From assembly GCA_963737125.1 (NCBI GenBank), contig CAVTRL010000006.1, forward strand, positions 64,352-128,351: a stretch of 64,000 nucleotides of DNA. Direction: 5' to 3'. This DNA is from an uncultured Chloroflexia bacterium (GTDB lineage: Bacteria > Chloroflexota > UBA5177). The notes beneath the pieces were generated by a model. That model worked only from the letters and a program-made list of their open reading frames with translations. It was not told the DNA's origin and did not search any database. Every line of letters begins with the position of its first letter. Position 1 is the first letter of the stretch. Made by a program: the position numbers and the translations under genes. Positions 1 through 8,097 of this stretch are shown piece by piece.

Positions 1-517
1 CCTGGAGGGGCTGGAACGGCTGCGTCCGCTACTTGATTCGGTCATCGTGATCTCAAACGATCGCTTATTGCAGGTCGCTCCTCAGACCACCGGAATTCAC
101 GAGTCGTTTCGCATGGCCGACGACACACTCAACCAGGGGATTCACGGTATTGCCGACCTCATCCTGACACCCGGCCTCATCAATCTTGACTTCGCCGATG
201 TACGTAGTGTCATGGAACACGCCGGATCGGCCATCATGGCGATGGGTACCGCTGTCGGTCCCAACGCGGCGGTGACGGCAGCCGAGCGAGCAATCGCCAG
301 TCCACTTCTCGATACGTCTATTTCCGGTGCACGCGGCGTGCTTTTGAACATTACCGGCGGGCCGGATCTAGCGTTGCATGAAGTCAAGCTTGCGGCGGAA
401 CTGGTGGCCGCGCAGGTTTCCCCCGAGTGCAATACCATCTTTGGCGCGGTTATTCACCCTCGACTGGGAGACGAGGTCCGGGTGACCATCATCGCTACCG
501 GTTTCGGGAAGGGGTAA
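1..517 (+). CDS. ftsZ: Cell division GTPase FtsZ, C-terminal part (5' end lies outside the window)
   Basis: The in-frame translation from position 2 reads LERLRPLLDSVIVISNDRLLQV...GLINLDFADVRSVM...GSAIMAMG, which is the FtsZ T7-loop/C-terminal domain signature. The ORF track entry 47..517 is the same frame. Confidence 0.9.
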   Translation, partial: LEGLERLRPLLDSVIVISNDRLLQVAPQTTGIHESFRMADDTLNQGIHGIADLILTPGLINLDFADVRSVMEHAGSAIMAMGTAVGPNAAVTAAERAIASPLLDTSISGARGVLLNITGGPDLALHEVKLAAELVAAQVSPECNTIFGAVIHPRLGDEVRVTIIATGFGKG

Positions 518-527
518 TCACACTATT

Positions 528-1061
528 TTGAGCCCCGGCTCCGACGGCATAATCACGTTCGACTACGTTCGTCCGGGGGGACGCGCGTCTTCGTTTCAGG
601 CCCGCTTGCTTCATGCGGATATCAATCTCCTGGTCTTTACGCACACAGCTCCCCCATCAACACACTCCCTGCTGTTTCAAGGAAATGAGGTGATCGCTCG
701 CGGATACACGATCGTATGGTTTGTCTTTCAGGGACAGTCGTACGACATCGGACGGTTTTACCGTCCGGATGGAACGTGGACCGGGTATTACGCGGACATT
801 CTGGAGCCGGTGCGATGGGAACTGTCCGACACGCCGGTTCTGAGTCCGCTGGTCGACCTCGCCCTAGACCTTTGGATCGCCCCGGATGGGACTCATGCCG
901 TCCTGGACGAGGATGAGTTCAACACTTTCACACGCGACGGCTCGCTCACTGCGACACAAGCCCAGCACGCACGCTCGATCCTGAAGGAACTTGAGCGCTA
1001 CATTGCGAACCAAACATTCCCACCCGACGTGGTTCGCAACTTCCAGGCTGCAGGTGTCTAA
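528..1061 (+). CDS. DUF402-like (FomD/YgaC-like) protein
   Basis: 177-aa ORF directly downstream of ftsZ. Its composition and motifs resemble DUF402 proteins, but this rests on weak recall only. Confidence 0.4.
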   Translation: MSPGSDGIITFDYVRPGGRASSFQARLLHADINLLVFTHTAPPSTHSLLFQGNEVIARGYTIVWFVFQGQSYDIGRFYRPDGTWTGYYADILEPVRWELSDTPVLSPLVDLALDLWIAPDGTHAVLDEDEFNTFTRDGSLTATQAQHARSILKELERYIANQTFPPDVVRNFQAAGV

Positions 1062-1171
1062 AGTGTTATGAAATGATCGTGCCTGGGTATAAAGTACTAG
1101 AAAAGATAGGACGTTAGACCACTAGATGCTGTCAATAGTTTGCTGTAGGTTAGCTCTGGTGGAGGGAAGGC

Positions 1172-2506
1172 GTGACCAGACAGCGTAGGCTGCATCTATA
1201 TATCGCTGCGATCGGTCTTCTATCGGGTGCGCTTGCCGTGTACTGTCTTCTGCGCGTCGTCGCAATGCCGGCTCGTCACACAAACGACGAACTTCTTACG
1301 TCCGCAATTCTCATTATACTGACATCAGTATGTTTGCACCGCAGCGCATATTTGAGCGATTCAAGTGCGGTCAGCTTGGGCAGTATCGGCCAAATTGCCA
1401 CGCTAATCGTACTTCCGATGGAAAATGCGCTCCTCGTCATCATCATCTCGAAGGGTTTGAGTGAGATACTTCTCGTCACACGGAAACAGCGGCGCAGCTG
1501 GAGGGCGCTTGCGGTAAACGTCGGAGGCGCGGCTCTGGCCTCACTCGCCGGCATTGTGGCGTTTCATCTCGTTCCGGGTCACCAACACCTCTGGGACGCC
1601 AACCTCATGCCCGTGCTGGCTTTTCCAGCTCTCGTGGCCCTCGCAGCTGCTTACCACCTGACCGAATCTTTTATCGTGGCGGGGGCCATTACGTTGACCA
1701 GCAGTGAAACCCTCATGGCGATTTTCGGGCCATTGAACCGTGAAACGCTGCTTCCAGAGTTATCACTTATCGTGGTCGGGCTCATGTTCGGTGTGCTCTG
1801 GCATTATCGACCGGTTCTGTCTGCCCTGGTGGTGGTGCCGGTATTTTTTAGCCTGCGCTCTTTTGAGTCGGAGGCGCGGCTTCGTAAGGAAACGATTGAA
1901 GCCGTGCTAAAAATGGCGGAGAGTATCGACTATCGCGATACAGGAACCTATGAACACTCGCAACGGCTAGCAACCATGACAAAAGAGTTGGCCTATGCAG
2001 TGGGTCTTACTCCAGAGCACTCTACAGACATCGTGCTCGCGTCTCGCGTCCACGATCTTGGCAAGATAGGGATTAGCAACGACATCCTGCTGAAGCCGGG
2101 TTCGCTGACGCCGGAGGAACGTCACATCATGCAAGATCATCCATCCATCGGAGCGAATATCCTATCGAGTTATTCTGCCTTTCAGGGAAGTGTCAGTATT
2201 GTGAGGCACCATCACGAGCGATGGGACGGCCGGGGGTATCCGGAAGGCCTGAAAGGCAGCGAGATTCCGATCGGGTCCCGCATTATTACGGTTGTGGACG
2301 CGTTTGATTCCATGACAGCCGATCGACCATATCGCCGTGGCATGTCGGTAGACGACGCGGTCATCCGGCTCAAGGACGGCATGGGGACGCAATTCGATCC
2401 CAGGGTCTGTGCCACATTTATTCAGTTGTTGATCGAGCAAGGCACGTACTTACCGGTGCAATCATCGGTTCCCGAGCTGCACATTGTGGCGTACGACGCG
2501 GGATAA
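1172..2506 (+). CDS. Membrane-anchored HD-GYP domain phosphodiesterase (c-di-GMP signalling)
   Basis: The N-terminal ~230 residues are hydrophobic with multiple TM segments. The C-terminus carries HDLGKIGI....HHERWDGRGYP, the HD...GYP signature. Confidence 0.8.
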   Translation: MTRQRRLHLYIAAIGLLSGALAVYCLLRVVAMPARHTNDELLTSAILIILTSVCLHRSAYLSDSSAVSLGSIGQIATLIVLPMENALLVIIISKGLSEILLVTRKQRRSWRALAVNVGGAALASLAGIVAFHLVPGHQHLWDANLMPVLAFPALVALAAAYHLTESFIVAGAITLTSSETLMAIFGPLNRETLLPELSLIVVGLMFGVLWHYRPVLSALVVVPVFFSLRSFESEARLRKETIEAVLKMAESIDYRDTGTYEHSQRLATMTKELAYAVGLTPEHSTDIVLASRVHDLGKIGISNDILLKPGSLTPEERHIMQDHPSIGANILSSYSAFQGSVSIVRHHHERWDGRGYPEGLKGSEIPIGSRIITVVDAFDSMTADRPYRRGMSVDDAVIRLKDGMGTQFDPRVCATFIQLLIEQGTYLPVQSSVPELHIVAYDAG

Positions 2507-2536
2507 CCGCTTGCGCCAATCCCGCTGAACGATCGC

Positions 2537-3808
2537 TTACCGTTGACTGCGAACGTCGCTCCGTAGCCACACGAACAGGCTTCCCGCCACAATCACCGCT
2601 CCCTCGACGATCCACAGGGATCGGTACGAAAATACGAGCAAGAGGGACCCGCCAAGGGTGGCGCCGAGAGCCAGGGCAGTATTTATCACGGTAAAACGCG
2701 CCGCCAGCACGCGGCCCCGAATTTCCGAAGGTGTCAGCGCCTGCACGAGCGTAACACCCGATATGACGAACAAGCTGTTGAACAGCCCGGCCAGCAGCAA
2801 GGCGCCGGTTGCTGCATAGATGTTTGTTAGAAATGCCAGCGAGCCGTCCGCCAACCCCATTCCGGTTATACCGATACCAAACAGGTAGCCTCTGGGCATA
2901 CTCTTCGCCAGCCGTCCGGCCGTGATGCTGCCTACCAATGCGCCGACCGCTTCCCCACCCTGTAAAACGCCGTAGCGAAACGCCCCGCTGCGAAGTGGCC
3001 CCACGACGCCAACGCCGCGGGCCAGCACGTGTTCGGCAAAGAGTGGCGTGAGAACGAAGGCCGCCCCGCCTGCGACTGGTGCGACGGCGAGAGCCACAGT
3101 GCTCCATTTCAAGAAAGGGCTTCCCATCAAGAAGCTGTAGCCGTCTCGAATACGGCCAGGGATCTCTCTCCAGGTCGGCGCATCACCACTGCGTACGGTG
3201 GGAATAGTCATGAATGACAGTAACGCCGCCGAAACAACAAAGGTCGCTGCGTCGATGTAAAACGGAACTTTGAGATTCAATGAGTAGATCAGAGCGCCAC
3301 CCAATAGATAGCCGAGATCTCCACCGGTCTCGACACTTTGCAGATACGCGTTCGCACCCATCATGCGTTGTTCCGGTACAACGTCGGGCAGTGCGGCCCG
3401 AGCTGCCATGTCGAACACAATCGTGAACGCATAGAGAGCTACGACCAGGGGATAGACGATCCATAAGTTGAGTAGCCCGAGCGAGGGAACGACGACCAGC
3501 ACCGCCGCGCGTCCGAGGTCGCAGGCGATCATCAGGCGCTGTCTGGATACGTGATCGATAAATACCCCGACGACGAGGCCGCCTACCAGCGTTGGTAAGA
3601 GCCGGCACACGTAAAACAGAGAGAGCGCCAGCGCGAATGAGTGTGATAGCGCGATGACGAGGAACGTCAAGGCGATCAGCGCAATGCGATCTCCAAGCAC
3701 CGACACAACCTTTGCTGTCAAGTAGTACTTGAAATTTCGTCCGTATTGCTGCACTTCATCTTCTAGCCCGCTCTGGGCCGGCGCACCCATCGAAGTCATC
3801 CCTCCCAA
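2537..3808 (-). CDS. MFS transporter
   Basis: 12-TM hydrophobic profile with MFS-type loops. The ORF track uses a TTG start at 3808; ATG at 3799 or 3790 is more likely. An RBS GGGAGG lies upstream. Confidence 0.75.
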   Translation of the reverse strand: MGGMTSMGAPAQSGLEDEVQQYGRNFKYYLTAKVVSVLGDRIALIALTFLVIALSHSFALALSLFYVCRLLPTLVGGLVVGVFIDHVSRQRLMIACDLGRAAVLVVVPSLGLLNLWIVYPLVVALYAFTIVFDMAARAALPDVVPEQRMMGANAYLQSVETGGDLGYLLGGALIYSLNLKVPFYIDAATFVVSAALLSFMTIPTVRSGDAPTWREIPGRIRDGYSFLMGSPFLKWSTVALAVAPVAGGAAFVLTPLFAEHVLARGVGVVGPLRSGAFRYGVLQGGEAVGALVGSITAGRLAKSMPRGYLFGIGITGMGLADGSLAFLTNIYAATGALLLAGLFNSLFVISGVTLVQALTPSEIRGRVLAARFTVINTALALGATLGGSLLLVFSYRSLWIVEGAVIVAGSLFVWLRSDVRSQR

Positions 3809-3824
3809 TAGCCTTTTTTTGGCG

Positions 3825-3838
3825 TTTTGGCGCCAAAA
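3825..3838. promoter_or_regulatory. Perfect 14-bp palindrome TTTTGGCGCCAAAA between divergent MFS gene and peptide array
   Basis: Read directly from the sequence. It lies in the divergent promoter region and is a candidate operator. Confidence 0.3.
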
Positions 3839-3929
3839 ACAGCCCAGAAGCCGTCTTGTCGGCAGGGCTGCCGGAAGTGAGTACTCATGCTCAGTCGAAA
3901 GGAGTAGAGGAGAAAAAATACAGTACCCC

Positions 3930-3958
3930 TTGACAGGGGGACTAAAGTCCTATAGGTT
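3930..3958 (+). promoter_or_regulatory. Sigma70-like promoter candidate (TTGACA-17 bp-TAGGTT) for the micropeptide array
   Basis: TTGACA sits at 3930-3935 and a TAnnnT hexamer 17 bp downstream. It is the only good -35 match in the 430-bp gap. Confidence 0.3.
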
Positions 3959-3976
3959 ATGTGACTAAGGTCACAT
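3959..3976. promoter_or_regulatory. Inverted repeat ATGTGAC-TAAG-GTCACAT overlapping predicted transcription start
   Basis: Perfect 7-bp arms. The position immediately after the -10 suggests a repressor operator. Confidence 0.3.
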
Positions 3977-4236
3977 TGGCCTCGACACGAAGTGCATCGA
4001 GAGTCAAGTAAAGCATGAGGAGGTCGGCGTATCGTGGCGCAATTCATCATCACTTTTTCCAGCGAGGGCGCGGAATTTGTGCAGGTAGCTGAACACGAAA
4101 CGCCCGGCGAGACAGGATACTCGTACTCGCCGACGAGTTCTCCGACACCTCGGTGTGGATGCCGAAACTTGTCAACCAAGTGTACTTCGCGTCATCAAAA
4201 GTGAGTAGCTCTAACGACTACCAAGGGAGTAGAACA

Positions 4237-4296
4237 ATGACCCATTTCGCCATCGACTGGATTGACACCGGTAAAGCAAAAGACTGGCTCGGCTAG
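4237..4296 (+). CDS. Micropeptide sORF copy 1 (MTHFAIDWIDTGKAKDWLG)
   Basis: ATG is preceded by AGGGAG-N8. 19 codons end in TAG. Confidence 0.5.
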   Translation: MTHFAIDWIDTGKAKDWLG

Positions 4297-4318
4297 ACCG
4301 TACTGGAGGAGGTACATC

Positions 4319-4378
4319 ATGACCCATTTCGCCATCGACTGGATCGACACCGGTAAAGCAAAAGACTGGCTCGGCTAG
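4319..4378 (+). CDS. Micropeptide sORF copy 2 (MTHFAIDWIDTGKAKDWLG)
   Basis: GGAGGAGG-tacatc-ATG. Differs from copy 1 only by a synonymous att->atc Ile codon. Confidence 0.5.
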   Translation: MTHFAIDWIDTGKAKDWLG

Positions 4379-4400
4379 ACCGTACTGGAGGAGGTACATC

Positions 4401-4460
4401 ATGACCTATTTCGCCATCGACTGGATCGACACCGGTAAAGCAAAAGACTGGCTCGGCTAG
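4401..4460 (+). CDS. Micropeptide sORF copy 3 (MTYFAIDWIDTGKAKDWLG)
   Basis: GGAGGAGG RBS. Carries cat->tat (H3Y). Confidence 0.5.
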   Translation: MTYFAIDWIDTGKAKDWLG

Positions 4461-4482
4461 ACCGTACTGGAGGAGGTACATC

Positions 4483-4542
4483 ATGACCTATTTCGCCATC
4501 GACTGGATTGACACCGGTAAAGCAAAAGACTGGCTCGGCTAG
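4483..4542 (+). CDS. Micropeptide sORF copy 4 (MTYFAIDWIDTGKAKDWLG)
   Basis: GGAGGAGG RBS. Y3 with the att Ile codon. Confidence 0.5.
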   Translation: MTYFAIDWIDTGKAKDWLG

Positions 4543-4564
4543 ACCGTACTGGAGGAGGTACATC

Positions 4565-4624
4565 ATGACCTATTTCGCCATCGACTGGATCGACACCGGT
4601 AAAGCAAAAGACTGGCTCGGCTAG
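4565..4624 (+). CDS. Micropeptide sORF copy 5 (MTYFAIDWIDTGKAKDWLG)
   Basis: GGAGGAGG RBS. Last copy; unique sequence follows it. Confidence 0.5.
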   Translation: MTYFAIDWIDTGKAKDWLG

Positions 4625-4741
4625 TCACCCCAACGTAGACACACGCAAAGTTTCGGCGTTCTTGCCGCCTTTGCTTATTGAAGTCCCGCTCAGTGTCATC
4701 TACTTTGAGCGATATGAACTTCGATCTCTCCGTTATCACAT

Positions 4742-4785
4742 CACCCGGCAACGCACTCGTGCGGCTGCCGGGTGTTCTGTTTTCC
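4742..4785 (+). terminator. Rho-independent terminator after the sORF array
   Basis: A 9-bp stem CACCCGGCA/TGCCGGGTG with an internal sub-stem is followed by TTCTGTTTTCC on the + strand. There is no U-tract on the minus strand. Confidence 0.5.
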
Positions 4786-4843
4786 AGGCTGCCTTCGCAT
4801 CGTGTTCCACTAGTTCTGTACGGGTGCCAGGTCGAGCTCTTCA

Positions 4844-5773
4844 TTACAGGCTGTGTGCAAAGACCAGCGTTTCTTCAGCCAACCGCACGCGATCTTCAAG
4901 GCTCTTCATTACGATCTCGGTGCACAACACTGCTATGCCGAGTGCCTCGATCTCGGGCACCTGAGCGCTATCACTCGATGAGATAACGATGCCGTCGATA
5001 CTTTCCTTATACAGTGCTGCCACACCAACCGATTGGGCTTCGTGTCCCAGCAGTGTCATGAGCTTCCCGGCCGGCCCACTCACTGCCTGCGTTCCAACCA
5101 TCGGACTGACTGCCACGCGTTTGGCAGACGTCGCTTGAAGTGCCTGGAGCATACCAGGCGTGTGGAGAATTGGCAAGATACTCAGGGCAGGATTGGAATT
5201 CACCAGCACCACGACCTCGGCTCGATTTACAGCATCCAGCGCGCCTGATGTTGCAGCCGCATGCTCGATACCGTCGTATCGTACCGCTGCAACATCGACG
5301 CGATGGCGTCGGTGCACAAAGTACTCTTGAAATTCTATCCATGCTCCGTCGACCAGAAGTCTAGTAGTAACGACATCTTCCGTCATGGGGACGACGTTTG
5401 CTCGCACCCCAAGACTATGCGCGATGTTGCGCGTGACTGCCGTCAGCGATGTTCCATTTGCCAACGCGTGCGTTCGGTACACGTGCGTGGCAATGTCGCG
5501 GTCACCAATCCCGAACCAGGTTGGCAGACCGTACCGTTCGAGCATCGAGAGCGCGCCAAAGGTGTCTCCGTCAATTCCCCACCCTTGTTCCAGCGGCGAC
5601 AGGCCGGCGAGCGTGTAGCACACGGTGTCCAGATCGGGGCAGACTCGTAGTCCGAGGAACTCGACGTCGTCACCGGTATTGACGACTACTGACAGCTCGT
5701 CATCGGGGACACTTCGATACAGTCCGTGAGTCAGCTTCGACCCGCCGACGCCCCCGCACAGCGCGGTAATCAT
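4844..5773 (-). CDS. cofD: 2-phospho-L-lactate transferase CofD/FbiA (F420 biosynthesis)
   Basis: MITALCGGVGGSKL...VVNTGDDVEFLGLRVCPDLDTVCYTLAG matches the CofD/FbiA signature region closely. Confidence 0.85.
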   Translation of the reverse strand: MITALCGGVGGSKLTHGLYRSVPDDELSVVVNTGDDVEFLGLRVCPDLDTVCYTLAGLSPLEQGWGIDGDTFGALSMLERYGLPTWFGIGDRDIATHVYRTHALANGTSLTAVTRNIAHSLGVRANVVPMTEDVVTTRLLVDGAWIEFQEYFVHRRHRVDVAAVRYDGIEHAAATSGALDAVNRAEVVVLVNSNPALSILPILHTPGMLQALQATSAKRVAVSPMVGTQAVSGPAGKLMTLLGHEAQSVGVAALYKESIDGIVISSSDSAQVPEIEALGIAVLCTEIVMKSLEDRVRLAEETLVFAHSL

Positions 5774-6390
5774 CGAAGATCGACAACCTCGGTGAACGGC
5801 CGCCGCTCTCGCACCTTACCGGACGCCGACGCATATCCCAGAAGCGCGAGCGCCTGCGGCTCAAAATCTCCCGGAAGCGACAACACATCGCGGACCGCAG
5901 CGGGGCAATACATGGGCGCAGCCAGCCAGCACGAACCGATCCCTCGCCGCCAAGCCGTGAGAAAAATTGTCTGCAGAACCGCGCCCAGGCTTTGTACTGC
6001 CATTTGCCATTCGAGTGCGGCTCGCCGTTCATCGACGTATTCCACCAGGCCAGTGGAAACGAGCGACACCACAAGTACCACCGGAGCGCTCGTGACCCGC
6101 CACAGCGATCGATCTACTTGCCTTTCGATACTCTCCAGTGACAGTCCATCGGCCTGTAAGTCAACTTTGAGACGCTCGCCCATAGCCTCAGCGAGCCGAA
6201 GCTTTTCGCCGTCGTCAAACAGTCCGGTGAAGCGCCACGGCTGAACGTTATGAGGCGATGGTGCCCACTGCGCAACGCGCAATATGTCCGCGATGGCGTC
6301 ACGCGGCACGGGCGTCGGAAGAAAATGTCGCACCGACCGCCGGCTCCGAATAAGGTCTTCCACTTCCGCACAGGGCGCGCCCACCACCAT
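5770..6390 (-). CDS. Nitroreductase-family protein (FbiB C-terminal-domain-like), translationally coupled to cofD
   Basis: The nitroreductase fold motifs are RRSVRHF...PSPHNVQPWRF. Its stop overlaps the cofD start (ATGA). Confidence 0.6.
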   Translation of the reverse strand: MVVGAPCAEVEDLIRSRRSVRHFLPTPVPRDAIADILRVAQWAPSPHNVQPWRFTGLFDDGEKLRLAEAMGERLKVDLQADGLSLESIERQVDRSLWRVTSAPVVLVVSLVSTGLVEYVDERRAALEWQMAVQSLGAVLQTIFLTAWRRGIGSCWLAAPMYCPAAVRDVLSLPGDFEPQALALLGYASASGKVRERRPFTEVVDLR

Positions 6391-6511
6391 GGTTCATGGT
6401 ACACGGACGATCCACGGCGCCGGTATTCCCGTCCGGGGCCCCTTGCCAACATCTTCCGACGATACTCCACGCATCACAGTATGAGACACGACGTGGCCGG
6501 ACGGTGGCGGA

Positions 6512-7510
6512 TTGGTCCTCGTCCGGTCAAAGTGGCATGGAGAATCTGTTAGAATCAGCGACAGAATGCTGGTCCACTTTGCCGATGGCGTAGAGCGGGC
6601 CGGCCATGACCAGTCAAAGGAGTACGGTGTGGAAACGGGCACGTGGAAGGCAAAAGTAGGGCTGGCGCAAATGCTCAAGGGCGGCGTCATTATGGACGTG
6701 GTGAACGCCGAGCACGCGCGAATCGCGGAAGAGGCGGGTGCGGTCGCCGTTATGGCGTTGGAGCGCATACCGTCCGATATCCGGAAGGCAGGCGGCGTGG
6801 CTCGGATGAGCGATCCTCTTTTGATTGAGGAAATTCAGCATGCCGTGACTATTCCCGTAATGGCGAAATGCCGTATCGGCCATTTCGCGGAGGCGCAAAT
6901 TCTGGAGGCGCTCGGTGTCGATTATATCGACGAGAGCGAAGTGTTGACGCCTGCGGACGACAAATATCACGTCAATAAACACACGTTTACGGTCCCGTAC
7001 GTGTGTGGCGCACGCGATCTGGGAGAGGCGTTACGGCGGATCGGTGAAGGTGCGGCGATGGTGCGCACCAAGGGCGAAGCCGGTTCGGGCAATATCGTCG
7101 AGGCAGTGCGCCATATGCGCGCCATGGTCGACGGCATTCGTCACGTTGCGTCACTTTCCATCGAGCAGCTTGCGGGTGCGGCGAAAGATCTACAGGCTCC
7201 ATTCGAGCTGGTGCAGTACGTGCACGAGCACGGAAGCCTGCCAGTCGTGAATTTCTGCGCGGGAGGCGTGGCGACACCAGCCGACGCGTCGTTGATGATG
7301 CAGCTGGGCGCCGACGGTATCTTCGTCGGGTCCGGGATCTTCGCCAGCGACAATCCGTCCAAGCGAGCTCGAGCCATCGTCGAAGCAACGACGCACTACG
7401 ACGATCCAGCGGCCGTCACAAACGCCAGTCGCGGCCTCGGTGAAGCGATGCGTGGGCTCGAGATCAGCGCGATCCCGGAACGCGAATTGCTGGCGGCACG
7501 AGGCTGGTAG
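6512..7510 (+). CDS. pdxS: Pyridoxal 5'-phosphate synthase lyase subunit PdxS
   Basis: [36 protein letters not shown]...[27 protein letters not shown]. The true start is probably internal (about 6566). Confidence 0.9.
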   Translation: MVLVRSKWHGESVRISDRMLVHFADGVERAGHDQSKEYGVETGTWKAKVGLAQMLKGGVIMDVVNAEHARIAEEAGAVAVMALERIPSDIRKAGGVARMSDPLLIEEIQHAVTIPVMAKCRIGHFAEAQILEALGVDYIDESEVLTPADDKYHVNKHTFTVPYVCGARDLGEALRRIGEGAAMVRTKGEAGSGNIVEAVRHMRAMVDGIRHVASLSIEQLAGAAKDLQAPFELVQYVHEHGSLPVVNFCAGGVATPADASLMMQLGADGIFVGSGIFASDNPSKRARAIVEATTHYDDPAAVTNASRGLGEAMRGLEISAIPERELLAARGW

Positions 7511-8097
7511 TGCCGGCGATCGGTGTCCTGGCGCTCCAGGGGGACGTCGCCGAACACGGCGAGATGCTGGCGGGGCTGGGCGCCCAGCCCCGCTTTGTGA
7601 AACGCGCGGACGAACTCGATGCGGTTGACGGCCTGATCATCCCCGGCGGAGAAAGTACGACGATCGGCAAGCTATTGCGTCGCTTCAACTTGATCGAACC
7701 ACTACGGGCGCGCATCGATGCCGGATTTCCAGTGTACGGCACGTGTGCCGGTATGATTCTCCTGGCAGATTGCATCGAGGACGCGGCTGAGGATCAACCC
7801 TCACTTGGCGGCATGGACCTCACGGTGCGCCGCAACGCCTTTGGCCGTCAGCGAGAAAGCTTCGAAACCGATCTCGATGTGCCTGCGTTGGGGACAGACA
7901 CCTTGCATGCCGTGTTCATTCGTGCTCCTTTAGTAACCCGGCTGGGCTCGAGAGTCGAGCCGCTCGCAACACTATCCGATGGGCGTGTCGTGGCGGCCAG
8001 GCAGGACAACCTGCTTGTGACTTCATTCCATCCAGAGCTAACCGACGATCCACGAATGCATCGATACTTTGTGGACATGGTCGAGGGTCAAGCATAG
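7510..8097 (+). CDS. pdxT: Pyridoxal 5'-phosphate synthase glutaminase subunit PdxT
   Basis: IGVLALQGDV..HGEML...IIPGGESTT...GTCAGMILL is the class I glutamine amidotransferase PdxT signature. Its start overlaps the pdxS stop by 1 nt. Confidence 0.9.
   Translation: MPAIGVLALQGDVAEHGEMLAGLGAQPRFVKRADELDAVDGLIIPGGESTTIGKLLRRFNLIEPLRARIDAGFPVYGTCAGMILLADCIEDAAEDQPSLGGMDLTVRRNAFGRQRESFETDLDVPALGTDTLHAVFIRAPLVTRLGSRVEPLATLSDGRVVAARQDNLLVTSFHPELTDDPRMHRYFVDMVEGQA

Larger units (their letters stand above)
4237..4624 (+). repeat. Five head-to-tail copies of an 82-bp unit, each = 60-nt sORF + 22-nt spacer containing GGAGGAGG RBS
   Basis: The unit is atg acc [c/t]at ttc gcc atc gac tgg at[t/c] gac acc ggt aaa gca aaa gac tgg ctc ggc tag accgtactggaggaggtacatc. 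Copies start at 4237, 4319, 4401, 4483 and 4565. Only two variable sites occur across the ~390 bp. Confidence 0.95.

Noticed and set aside
2418-3107. 229-aa minus-strand ORF and similar long antisense ORFs (e.g. 10575..11252, 3183..3608, 33611..34147, 34883..35497)
   Set aside because: They are entirely nested antisense to well-supported transporter and membrane-protein genes. Their Arg/Pro/Gly-rich composition is typical of off-frame reading in high-GC DNA.
4237-4624. CRISPR array interpretation of the 82-bp repeats
   Set aside because: The units are directly contiguous with no unique spacers. They contain an RBS, ATG and stop at fixed phase, and no cas genes are present in the window.
4211-4844. 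Minus-strand ORFs (63 aa and 93 aa) crossing the repeat array
   Set aside because: The unit length of 82 is not divisible by 3, so the minus-strand frame shifts between units. They have no RBS and an Arg/Ser-rich, high-GC antisense composition, so I treat them as artefacts of the repeat.
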